This document shows, one piece after another, positions 49,601 through 61,924 of a stretch of DNA of 64,000 nucleotides. The notes under the pieces were generated by a model. It made no database searches. It had not been told where the DNA came from and saw nothing but the letters and a program-made list of their open reading frames with translations. The stretch's first letter is position 1. The number at the start of each line of letters is the position of its first letter. Position numbers and translations under genes: made by a program. The stretch lies in NCBI RefSeq assembly GCF_001194135.2, contig NC_068981.1:54122250-54186249 (forward strand), given 5' to 3'. This stretch comes from Octopus bimaculoides. Taxonomy: Eukaryota.

Positions 49601-49945
49601 ACCTTCGGTGTATTAATTTACAAAATCAATATTAGAACGTCTTAACGTAAAGTATAAAGCCAATGTTAAGATAAGAGATAATATGATTGTTATAAGATTA
49701 ACTTTTAACTTGAAGCAAAAAGACTAATTATTACTTAATACATTATAGTAATTAGTTGGGCGGTTTGGGATTCTGAGTTCAAATATTGCCAGAGTAACAA
49801 CAAGATACTAGATAATCTGGATTATGTTATTGTAATTGTTTTATCAAGAGCCTGCCCTGAGAGATGAGACCTATGATCAAAAGGGTTCCATCGCACCTTA
49901 TTTTCAAACATAATGTATCCACGACTACAATATCAGTAGTGTCCA

Positions 49946-50344
49946 AGGCGGCGAGCTCGCAGAAACGTTAGCACGTTCTAAGTTCAAATTCCGCCAAGGT
50001 CGACTTTGCCTTTCATCCTTTCGGGGTCGATTAAATAAGTACCAGTTACGCCCTGGAGTTGATATAATCGACTTAATCCGTTTGTCTGTCCTTGTTTGTC
50101 TCCTCTGTGTGTAGCCCCTTGTGTGCAGTAAAGAAATAAGAAACGTTAGCACGCCGGGCAAAATGCTTAGCGGTATTTCGTCTGTCTTTATGTTCTGAGT
50201 TCAATTTCCGCCGAGCTCGACTTTGCCTTTCATCCTTTTGGTGGGTGGGGGGCGATAAATTAAGTACCAGTTGCATACTTAGGTCGATCTAATCGACTGG
50301 CCCCCTCCTCGAAAATTTCGAGCCTTGTACATAGAGTAGAAAAG
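49946..50344 (+). mobile_element. SINE family 1 with a nested, 5'-truncated long-tail variant (49976-50138)
   Basis: Inner TSD AGAAACGTTAGCACG at 49961-49975 and 50139-50153; outer TSD-like AATATCAG(T/C)AGTGT at 49929-49942 and 50345-50358. Confidence 0.85.
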
Positions 50345-50888
50345 AATATCAGCAGTGTTCTACTTCTAAGATATGGTATGATATGAGAAAGATTTGGTAG
50401 CTACTTTTAGTTGGTCAGAGCACTAAATAGAGGGTCCGACATTAATTCTGTTATTATAGAATGGTTTTATTTTATAAATAATAGGATTAACCTATAATAC
50501 TCGTCCTCTCGACTTACTGATGTAATGACTAATTTATATGCATGTTAAATGTACTTACATCACAGAAAGAAACTTAGTTGTTTCACATCATCACAATTCT
50601 ATTTTACATAATAACATGTATTAAGCTATATATTTACATATTATATCGATAAAAAAATCCAATGCCACGAGAACTTGACTTTAAATTTTAAACTTGCAGC
50701 TTGTTTTCTTATTTCACCTCTGTCATGTTTCTGTATATCTTTCACACACATACACACACACTTCGATAGTCTTATGTTCACTAAAGTTGACACGATTTTA
50801 ATATTCATCATCATTGTACATAATCCATGCGTGTATGAATATCCACTTGTTTTCATCTACATAAATGCAAACGCGCGCGCGCGCACAC

Positions 50889-50950
<62 letters not shown>

Positions 50951-51212
50951 CATTTCAAATACGCTAAAGTTCGTTAAAATTGGTTGGGTTTAAATGTTCA
51001 TTATCATTGTACATAATCACCGCAAGTATGCATGTATATACGTATGTAGTCGTCTACGTACACGCAAACACACACACACACTTACACACATAAATGCATT
51101 TATACATATACGTTGAAAGAGAGGGGGGAGAGAGAGAGAGGAGATAGAGAAAGTTAAAGAGATAAGAATATGTGTATATATTGATTATATACAAATAACT
51201 TGCTTGTATATG

Positions 51213-51264
<52 letters not shown>

Positions 51265-52499
51265 GGGAAAATATATGTAAATGAAAATGAGGAGAGAAAG
51301 CGATAAAGAGAGAGTAGTTGAGTAAGTGCGCACGCATGCGTATGTAAGGGAGGGAGAGAGGGGGAAAGAGAGAAACTTTAAAATAATTTCAGTGGACCAT
51401 AAAAGATGAACAAAGAGGTAGGAGATGAGGTCAGCAGATAAAATATAAAAAAAAATCAATGCACAGTAGAGTTCCGGAAGTTTTCTCGATGCTTCTCAAT
51501 ACTTATAGATATTGACACACGAATTACTACAGGCAAAAATAAAAAAAAATAAAAATGAGAAGAAGAGATGAGGAAAAAGAAAAAAAAAAAGAAACTGCTA
51601 TTATAGATTCAACTAAGCGTTTGTGAAGAAGTCATATGCCTATTGTGAACGTGTCTCATTGAATCGGAGCCTAAGAGATAATTCCCTTTTAAAATTGCTA
51701 ATCCTTTTGGATAACTCAGAACGGACTTACTGGAAGATCTAAGGTTTGCTGTTGGGGTATTAAATGGATAGCGGGGATTACTTTGAGGCAGAGGTTTGTG
51801 ACATATTCTTAAAACTTAGAATGAAACGAATTTTCTGGACGTAACCTGACTAGAATTAAACAGTTCAAAAAAAAAAAAAGAAAAGAAAAGATGAATTGAA
51901 TTAATTTCTGTATACATTTGGACTGTTGTTGAACTGGGTGAAACAAGAGATAATTTGCCAAAAAGCTGAGACGAATGTAGTTTCAATCTCTTCACTTACT
52001 CAGCGATACTCCTGGTAGAAAATGTCACATATAGGTGCAGATATAGCCATATATCAAGTAATTCGCTTCACAATCACGTGGTTCCGAGTTCGAGTCACCA
52101 GTGCAAGACGGAAACCGCTAAAGCGCAAAGAGTGTATGTGTATATAACATATGAATACGCTCGTGTGTTTATGCATTGTTGTTTTGCCCTAGGCCAGAGC
52201 TGTTAGAGCAGAACTATAATTAAAGGCATTCAAACAATCGTTTTAAAGATTTTTAAACAACATTATTGAATGTCTTCTCATTTTATTTATGAGGTTAGAT
52301 GTCATTAAAATCTGACTGTTATTTCTAGCAACTCGAGCGACCATATAGAGGCTGTCTCGTTGGTACGTCTGTATCCAAACACATGTTAACGCAAAACGGT
52401 ATTGATTAGTCGCCCTTTATGATAAACGGTAGTCTAACCATACAATAAGCAGAGATCGATAAAATAAGTGAGACTGAAATAAATAACACTGTTGCTGTT

Positions 52500-52869
52500 G
52501 TTGTTGGCACTCTGTCGCTTACGACGTCGAGGGTTCCAGTTGATCCGATCAACGGAACAGCCTGCTCGTGAAATTAACGTGCAAGTGGCTGAGCACTCCA
52601 CAGACACGAGTACCCTTAACGTAGTTCTCAGGGATATTCAGTGTGACACAGTGTGACAAGGCTGACCCTTTGAATTACAGGCACAACAGACACAGGAAGT
52701 AAGAGTGAGAGAAAGTTGTGGTGAAAGAGTACAGCAGGGTTCGCCACTATCCCCTGCCGGAGCCTCGTGGAGCTTTAGGTGTTTTCGCTCAATAAACACT
52801 CACAACGCCCGGTCTGGGAATCGAAACCGCGAGTCCGCTGCCCTAACCACTGGGCCATTGCGCCTCCAC
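52500..52869 (-). mobile_element. tRNA(Arg)-like SINE family 3, near full length
   Basis: Same head as 32525-32672; tail matches 56215-56345. Confidence 0.85.
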
Positions 52870-54458
52870 AGCACTGATGTTAATATGGACAAAGAAAGAA
52901 AACCCGTTGAAGTCGGTAGCCCAGCATTACCGCAGCTCAATGACTAAAACAGATAAATGAATTAAATAATATACCCCAATTCTTGCCCCCTTAAAAATTA
53001 GCTATTTGTGCCTTGACAAAAAGGATCTAATATTTTCATGGTTGTTGGCGAGCCGAGTACACCATGAGGTATGTTACCAGCTGGGTAAAACTGAAATCAG
53101 TTTCGGTTTTCATTTGAAGTCTGTTCACAATGCTATTTCTTTGACGCCTTTGAGAAAAAGGTACATAACACTGAATCGCGTTCATCTTCTCCAAAAACAT
53201 GTGACATTTCACTTTGAGAAATATTTCGCTTTCTTTACTGTTTTCAGATTTACATGTCAGGAATATATGATCGTTTTGCCTGTTAAACTTGTGGCCAGAT
53301 TTCACGTATGCGGAAGCGTGCACATATACATAAAAGCAAATACGCACATACATTTTCGACTGCCTTAAAAAAAAATAGGAGAGTATATTGCCTAATGTAG
53401 TCTGAATTAAACTACATCTGAAAAGCTATGTGGCCATAGAATCGCACTGGTCATGGGTTTACCTGATCAGAGCTGGGCTCTGCATCAACAATGTCGACGA
53501 ACAATGACAACAAAAACAATAAATTAATCAGCGCTTTAATAGAACTATACTTCGTCAACTATAACTTATCATTGTCCAACCTAAGATAGCAACGCATCGA
53601 AAACCATGCTATCAGTCACACAGTTGAACCAATGTTCTTATGGTCTATAATTATCAAACCATAAACATTACTTAGCTAGGATCCTAGTCATCACTAACAC
53701 AATTAAACAACCAACCCAAATTCATGCACTGTAGGAATTTCAAATATACATATGTTGTAACAGTTTTATTTTATTGTTCAATCCGGACTTCATGAAATGA
53801 GAAGTCAAAGTGTGAAATAATTTTGCATTCTAATTCTCGTAATCAATATGGTGCCACACTAATTATACTTGCTTTTATAGCAAGATTTAGTTTATTAAAA
53901 TTATTTAAGCTAACTCAACGTTACTGTTTACACTTATGCGTAAACAAAATGTAAAGAAAAAAAAAAGAAAAGATCTCCATAAGAATATATAATTTGAAAG
54001 TTAATGAAGTCTTCGCAATGTGCATTAATAAGTATGAAACTGTTTCCAGTTCATAACCATGTTTTTTTTAAGATGCATTACTAAAGACCAACTGCTCTTT
54101 CTAAAAGTAGTAATACATATTTCAAATTAAATTTGAATCATGGGTTATATTCAAAAGGATCAGACGAGGTCTGTTTCAACATACAACTTCATATCAAGGA
54201 TCTTACAAATCAAATACAAACACGAGATTATATTCAGTTCAGAAAAAAGAAAGCTTTAATCCTTTCTGAAATCTACACTAAAACGTTAACAGCTACAATT
54301 AATTACATATTAATTATTACTGACTTTTTAGATCAACATTAAAATTAACATTTACTTGACATAATTTTCTGTTTAAATAATATTAAACATATTAATTTCT
54401 GGTACGTATCATTTTCTTCTTACAACTACCGACATCACTAATATGTGCATGTAATTAG

Positions 54459-54501
<43 letters not shown>

Positions 54502-54544
54502 ATATGTGTGTATGAGTATGTGTGTGTGTGTATGTATATATATA

Positions 54545-55812
54545 TAAGGGTTGGACAAAATAATGGGAACACCTTAAAATTCCAAACAAATTTATTTTAA
54601 TATGGGGTAGGACCGCCTTTGGCTGTAATTACAGCTTGAATTCTACGAGGTATGGACTCGTACAAAGTTTGAATTGTTTCTAAAGGAATTTTTGTCCATT
54701 CTTCATCTAAAACAGTCTCCAGTTCTTATAGTGATGATGGTGGAGGATATTGACTCCTTACTTGTTTTTCTAAAACGCACCATAAATGTTCAATAATATT
54801 GAGATTTGGGGACTGTGGTGGCCAGATAGGATGTTCAACTTCACTAGAATGTTCCTCGAGCCATTCAGTAACAACTTTAGCTGGGTGAATTGGTGCATTA
54901 TCATCCTGAACGATTGCGTTTCCCTCCAGAAGCAGTTCTGTAACCATAGGTTGAATTTGAACAGATAAATTGCTTAGTCTTCACTATTAATTCTGCCATG
55001 AAGGGAAACCATTGGGCCGGCAGATTTCCAAGATGTAGACACCCAGATCATCACAGATCCTCCTCCATGTTTAACAATTGGAAGAAAGCAGTCTGGATAA
55101 AATACTTCTTTTGGCTGTCTCCACACGTTTACTCGGCCGGTAATCGGAAATAAGGTAAAGGATGACTCGTCCAAGAAAATAACATTCTTCCACTGCTCTA
55201 GCGACCAATTCTGTAAGTTTTTATTCCACTCTAAACGCTTTGCAACGTTTTTTTTTTAAAGTAGTAGTTTTCTGATTGCAGCCCTCCCGTGAAATCTGGC
55301 TTTGTGCAGCTCCTAACGAGCAGTTTTTGTGGCAACTGGGTTCTCGAGTGGTCATTAAGCTCTGCAGTAATTCTGGGAGCTGTACTTTTGTGATACTTGC
55401 AAACAATTCGCGTAAGAGTCCGACGGTCCCTATCTGAAAGTTTTGGTTTTCTTCCGGTGTTTTGTTTCGACGAGGAGGTTTTTCCCTCTTACTCAAAGTC
55501 TGTCATTACTTTCAAGACAGTACTTCCTGATACACCAAACATTTCGGCTGTTTTCATTACGCTAGTGCCTGCCATAGGAACACCAACAATTTGATATCTT
55601 TGAAAGTCCGATAGATCTGTCATTTTAATAAATTTTAATTACCTTTTTCTAATGATATCTGAAAAGAAACAGCAATTTTATCAAAACTTATTAAGCAACA
55701 CTAATAATAAATCATAAAACATAAAAATAAACAAGCTTTTGACGGATTTATAGATATTTCAAAATTATGATGCTATGATGCTAGGTGTTTCCATTATTTT
55801 GTCCAACCCCTG
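54545..55812 (-). mobile_element. Full-length Tc1-like DNA transposon with DD36E spacing (Incomer-like), inactive
   Basis: 30-bp TIRs (54545-54574 and 55783-55812, 27/30 match) flanked by TA; transposase remnants lie between them. Confidence 0.93.
54597..55623 (-). pseudogene. Tc1-family transposase, disrupted
   Basis: MTDLSDFQRYQIVG...GRKPKLSDRDRR...FLDESSF...VKHGGGSVMIW...QDDNAPIH...WPPQSPNLNIIEHLW...KGGPTPY*; stops and frameshifts present. Confidence 0.93.
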
Positions 55813-55825
55813 TATATATACATAC

Positions 55826-55887
<62 letters not shown>

Positions 55888-56214
55888 GTATATTAAATTC
55901 AACTTACGTTGAAAGTTAACAAAGTTTTCTGTAAAATATAGATAGTTTATCCTACTCATGGTATATTATTAGTATTATCCTGCGTTTGAGTGCTCAACAC
56001 CGCATTGGTGGATAAATAATTTCTTTATTTGTGAATTAAGGCTACCATTGGTTTCATGTTAAGGAGATTGTTTTCCAAAATGGAAGCGAACACCTTTCTC
56101 CATGTGATCGGCTTGAAAACTTGTTAAGATACTTGGATATTCTCCTACTCTTCTTACCATGATACCAATGGTACCCTTAATTTACAAATAAAGAATATAT
56201 ATATATATATAAAA

Positions 56215-56345
56215 TTGGCACTCCGTCGGTTACGACGGACGCGGATTCCATGTTGATCCAATCAACGGAACAGCCTGCTCGTGAAATTAACGCGCAAGTT
56301 CTCATAATGTGACAAAGCTTAACCTTTTGAATTACACGCTCAACT
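56215..56345 (-). mobile_element. SINE family 3 tail fragment
   Basis: Matches 52505-52680 with an internal deletion. Confidence 0.7.
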
Positions 56346-56374
56346 CATTTTTGCCAACCGAGTCAACTTGAACA

Positions 56375-57262
56375 TCGTGAAATAAAGAGTGGTTAGAGCG
56401 TCGGATTCACAATCATGAAGAAGTAAGTCCCGGACGCGAAATTTTTTCCCACGAGACATCCGGACCCCAGTTATGAACTCATTTGCATACAGCCAATCAG
56501 AGCTCAACTATCAAACTAATTTGTGAGCGTATAACAAGTGATGGGCCATTAGGTAAGGTCACTTGGGTAAGGAATTACCATGCGTCTTTTCTCTTTTAAG
56601 AATGCTTGTTGTCTTGTTCTTGTTTCAACTATGGCTGCCTCTACGTCGTTATTTGTGTTGTTGTTTACTTTGTGAAGCAGTAAGGGGAGAGGGTTGCTAG
56701 CATATCACCCTCTACCCACATTTTTCCCATCCACATCTTTACCATATGGGGCCCTAACAAAATCCGATAATAGATATAGATGCAAATCTATCTAATTACT
56801 TGTCTCCTTCTAAAATCATGCATAACTTGGCGATCAGTCGACATACAACACCGTTCTTCGTCTTGAGTTTACTTGGTAGAGTGTGTTTAATTTGACAACA
56901 AGGTCAGGTGAGCTCTGATTGGCTGTATGTAAATGAATTCATTACTGGGGTCCGGAACTCTCGTGGGAAAAAAATTTCGCGTCCCAGACCAGGCTGTGTA
57001 TTGTGTTCTTGAGCAAGACATTTTATTTCACATTGCTCCAGTTCACTCAGCTGTAGTAATGAGTTGTGACGTCACTGGCGCCAAGCTGTATCGACCTTTG
57101 CCTTTCCCTTGGATAACATCGGTGGCGTGGAGTGGGGAGGCTGATATGCATGGACGACTGCTGGTCTTCTATAAACAACCTTGCTCGGACTTGTGCCTCG
57201 GAGGGTAACTTTCTAGGTGCAATTCTGTGGTCATTCATGACCGAAGGGGGTCTTTACTCTTT
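56375..57262 (+). mobile_element. tRNA-derived SINE family 4 (head plus conserved-core-like body), split by a MITE
   Basis: Head AGTGGTTAGAGCGTCGGATTCACAATC at 56389-56415; body resumes at 56981 with CCCAGACCAGGCTGTGTATTGTGTTCTTGAGCAAGACATTTTATTTCACATTGCTCCAG. Confidence 0.75.
56436..56980. mobile_element. 545-bp MITE with 71/72-bp TIRs and 9-bp TSD (MULE-like)
   Basis: TIRs at 56436-56506 and 56909-56980 with about 6 differences; TSD GTCCCGGAC (56427-56435) / GTCCCAGAC (56981-56989). Confidence 0.85.
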
Positions 57263-57629
57263 TATATATAAGCCATGGTCGACAGAAAATTTGAAATTAG
57301 ACCAGCTACAACTATGGAGTCCAGCAGTCTACTATTCTGTATCACTAAATGTACGTAAACATCTCCCCCCACTCTCTGTTTCTGTATGTATTTACCTATG
57401 TATGTCGCTGTCAGCGATTCCGGACATGGGGTCGCAGACCTCCTGGTGGAGAGCGACAAAATTAGTACTGTGAGTTCACGAACTATGTTCAAATATATAA
57501 TCGCCGACTTACATATAACCTTTCAGTTACATAAATCTTTCAATTGACGGGGTTTAGTGAGCTGATAGATGTTTCAGATATATGAGATCCGTATGAAAAT
57601 TCATTTGAATAAAAAGATTCCTAGTAAAC

Positions 57630-58340
57630 TTTGAGTGACACTGGTCTAGGTGGTTGCTGTAACTGCTACAAATAGCATCTAAATAACCCTCAAATTACAC
57701 CTTCCAGTTTTGGGAAGGAGAAATACATTAGAAAAACCAGTCCTGCATACCTAAAACAAAAGCAAGATTGTAGTATCAGAATGTTCATACGTCTCCACGG
57801 TCAGGATTGTCTTGGGGCTAAAAAGTAACATAACTTAAAACACTTTTTAGCGTAAGTAAACAGTCTATGTTGATCACAATTTGTTACCATGGTGATGCTG
57901 ACCTTATGCATCAGCAATTAGGTTAACTTCACTGTATATTTACTCGGGTAGCTGTCCACACATACCACTCATTTACACAAACCTGCTACTGAACTTAGAC
58001 ATTAAACATACTGACTTTTAATAAAACCACATTTCTATAAAAGTAAAGAGATTGTTGAATCTCCATATATAGTTGAAAAGCAAGAGATGTAAAGTAACAT
58101 TTTAAATAACTATCAACGGCAGAAGAAATAGAATAGAGACAAAATAAAGTAAACAGCACGGGCCAATGAGGGAGGACCTCTACGTTGTCGTTCGAACTGC
58201 TTGAAATAACAACCAAATCTCTTTCAAATCAGACCCCACCGACTCAAAATAGGATACACTGGACAATATCATCTTAGATATACAATATGAACCTGTGGCG
58301 ACGACTGATAATTTGTGTGTTCAATCAGGTCTAATTTTTT
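57630..58340 (-). repeat. Two family U repeat copies (57630-57830 and 58170-58340)
   Basis: Degenerate reverse-complement similarity to 14681-14907. Confidence 0.5.
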
Positions 58341-58819
58341 TTAAGAATTTTTTTTTTATAGTAAGCTAGTTACTACGATCAGAATGCAATGATGAATGTT
58401 GTACCTCTGTTGATGAAGGCTAAGAAAAGTAATATTTGGAGTTATCTCCTTCACGTGCTCTGATCTGCCAGAGGATAATGCTGTTAGCTAGCACTTAATA
58501 TGCTTTCTTAATCCCTCTATTTAATACTAATGTGATTATTTGTGAAATTGAAAAACAAACCATGGAAATTATCTAATTCACCTGTTCATTACATGTGGTC
58601 AACGCTCATTTATGATTAAATCATATATATTAATTGTAAATAAAAGGAGTAATCGATTGAATTTACTTTAAGTATATTACTGGTACTATATAAAAGGCAA
58701 ATAACTACCTATGTGATGTGAATTTGGAACATAAAGAGCATAACTAGATACCGCATAGACATTTTGTTCGGTACATTTCCGTTTCTACTATCCATTGCTT
58801 TATATAGAAAATAATCGGA

Positions 58820-59180
58820 AGCAAAAATGAATAAAAAGGTGATAAATCAATAGTGGATTGTCTTATAAAACTTAGATGTCTTATACTGCAGTAATGTAAC
58901 ATCGAGTTACACGACAGCTGAATATAACTTCGAACTCAATAAATCATGTTTCGTCAACTAAGTAGTAAATGAAAGGCAATATTATTGTTCAAATATATAG
59001 TGAGAATTGTATTAATAATGCAACAAAAAGTTGGTCGATTACAGAATCTGTCATTGCTTACATCAGAGGCGCAAAGCGGTGCACCTGCTGCCTCGAAGAT
59101 AGATATAACGTTCTTTTGCGATTGTACAAGACTATACTAAAATCAACTGTTTTATACGAATCTGCAAACATCTTTAATAT
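58820..59180 (+). mobile_element. Penelope-like GIY-YIG endonuclease remnant
   Basis: VLYCSNVTSSYTTAEYNF, then SWSITESVIAYIRGAKRCTCCLEDR (compare WSI...Y..G.K.C.LCL.EK) and a terminal CKH. Confidence 0.55.
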
Positions 59181-61175
59181 GTAGTCAGAAAAATTGCTTT
59201 CTGTCTTTTCTTCTTTTCTTAAACACACTTTGTGCAGATGTTTCATTGTAACATTCTACGTAGGCTAGTAGTTGCCACTACTAAATTAATGTCAAATCAG
59301 GCAATCAAGACAAAAATATGTAACCTAAGAATTGCATTGCAGCTTTCAAGATATTTCTCAGAATGACCAGTTATCTATTCTAACAGTTAATTAGTGTCGA
59401 ACATGTTTAATACAGAACATAAAAAATCTAATTAGAAATAGTAATGCAGTGAAAAGAGGAAAAACATTAATGACTAAAGATTAATGATTAATGTTTAAAA
59501 ACCATGAGCCTTGAACAAATATTTTCTCCTCACTTCATTAGTATTTCTAATTAGAATTGTTATGCATTTTATTAACTATGTTCATCCTAACTTAGTTTTT
59601 ATGCAGATAATGCCTCTCATTAATTAACATCATTGTTTTGTTTATTCGAATATAATTTAAAGTAATTTATTTATTCAAATTGTTTATTGGCTGTGCCTTT
59701 CTACTGCAAGGGGAAGAATCATTTTGTTAGGAGTTAATTCAGTAAATGGAGTGAAGAATATCATGTAATCTGTACACATTTATCTAATTCACTTTGCTTT
59801 TCTCATCTCTTTAATTCAATTAATTTAATTTTTATCAATCAAATATTACCTCCCCCCCATAAAAAATTATTTACTCCAAAGAATAAGGACTGTAGCAATA
59901 ACCTTTGATTGTCTTCGCAAACTTATACGGTCTATGCATCTCATGTTCTGCCAGAAATTTTGCAGTTTGCTGGGCAAGCATACCAAGGAATAGAATTACA
60001 GAAAGTTGTTAGTTTGGGGAAAAACGATTACATAAACAGTTTCGTGTAGGATTTATGGTTACGGTTGGAAAGCTTTTGATTAATCAGATCTCACTGAGCA
60101 GAACTATGTCCAAAAGTGGCACAACCATTACCATCCAGTTATTTTTTAGACTGTTTCTAGGATTACATTAACTAATGTTTCCTTTTATAAGCATAACAGT
60201 TATTTTTCTTTGCGATTATTTATAACTTAATTTAATCCCCAAATGAGTTTTATAGTTTCTAGAATTGATTTCCGGTACATTGCGTATTCTCACTTTGCCT
60301 CAAATTTTCTCTCCTCCTCCGCTTCGCCGTTTATCTCCCCTTGTTGACCTGCGTTCTTGTTCACTTTCAACATTCTCTAATTTAAATATATATTTAATAT
60401 CTTTAAAGTGTTTCAGCTCTAAATCTACGGTCATACTGGGGCACCACCGTTTCTTTTTTTTTTTAACTTTACCTCAGTTTTATCTATTCTCTATTCTCTA
60501 GACACAACTGGCTCAGTCGAACAATATGGCGAAATTGGTATACTATATATTCCTAATAACTGAACGTGCAACTTTAACACATCATATTTCGTCTGTTGTT
60601 AGCCTGATGGCCAGTTCCGATGATTCCTTCCACTAGTAGAACAATGCCGAAGATGAATGAGACAATTAGCATGGAAGGATGGGATTATATTTGCTCGTGT
60701 TTGCAGACGCACGACAATATTGTATAATTTTATGAATAATGCATGCTACAACGCTAGCATCAGAAATGAGGAAGCCTATAAATGGTCAATGAACTTGAAT
60801 GAAATAGTAGGCAAATCTCCTACATATTTTACGTCACCGATTTTTGTTTTTAAAGAAAGACGCTTTTGATAATATAGCTCTAAGTTTACCATTTTCCCTT
60901 TTTATCATAGAGCTATTCGATCAGGGCAGACAAGAGGTGTTGACAATAACAACGACGGGAACAACAAGGGTGATGAGGGCAACTAAGGCGACGTGGGCGA
61001 CAACGACGTTGACGTCAACGATGGCAGCTGTTGCTTCTTCAGAATGAGACACTAGAAATTTGAAAGAAAGAGAATACAACTTACGAAGAAGTAACTTAAA
61101 GCATTCTCTTAAACCTAGTCTCATCCAGAACAACAATCACATACATATATGGGCGAGTATTTGCGTATGTCTATA

Positions 61176-61238
<63 letters not shown>

Positions 61239-61924
61239 CAAACATACATACATACATGCATGCACATTTACATACTTACGTACATACATACATGCACACA
61301 CACACACATACATACATACATACATACATACGTATGTATGTCATTATTCAGTTTATTTCAAGATTTCTTACCAATAGAGAAAGAACCGGTTTCTAACCTA
61401 GATCCAAGGCTTCTTCATTGGAGTTTCAACATAAACAACAGGGTATGTATGTATGTATGTATGTATGTATGTATGTATGTATGTATGTATTCCTAGTTCA
61501 CGATCAGTTACTTCAGTTAATTTTAGTCTAGGGATTGTAAAGAAGTTAACTCGAATGGAGAAAATTGTGAAGAGGAGACTTAATGCAAAACATAATTTAG
61601 CGCCAGTCTATGCCCAATATGTTCCTTAGTGTTGCAATTCAATTGCAAACATTCTGGTCAGGTTTTCTAGTCTAAGGATAATTACCCTTCTAGGCTTTGA
61701 AAAGAATCATAAGCGATGCCTGACACACACGCACACTACCTGACACGCGCGCGCGCATACGCAACGTCTGTGTGTGTATGCATTTATGTATGCATGTACG
61801 TATGTATATATCACATGTATGTAAGCATGTATACTGCAACGTTGCTGAGCACCGCCTATAACTATGTTAATCGATCAATTGATTCAATTGAGTTATATAG
61901 TCTAGTAATATATATATATATATA

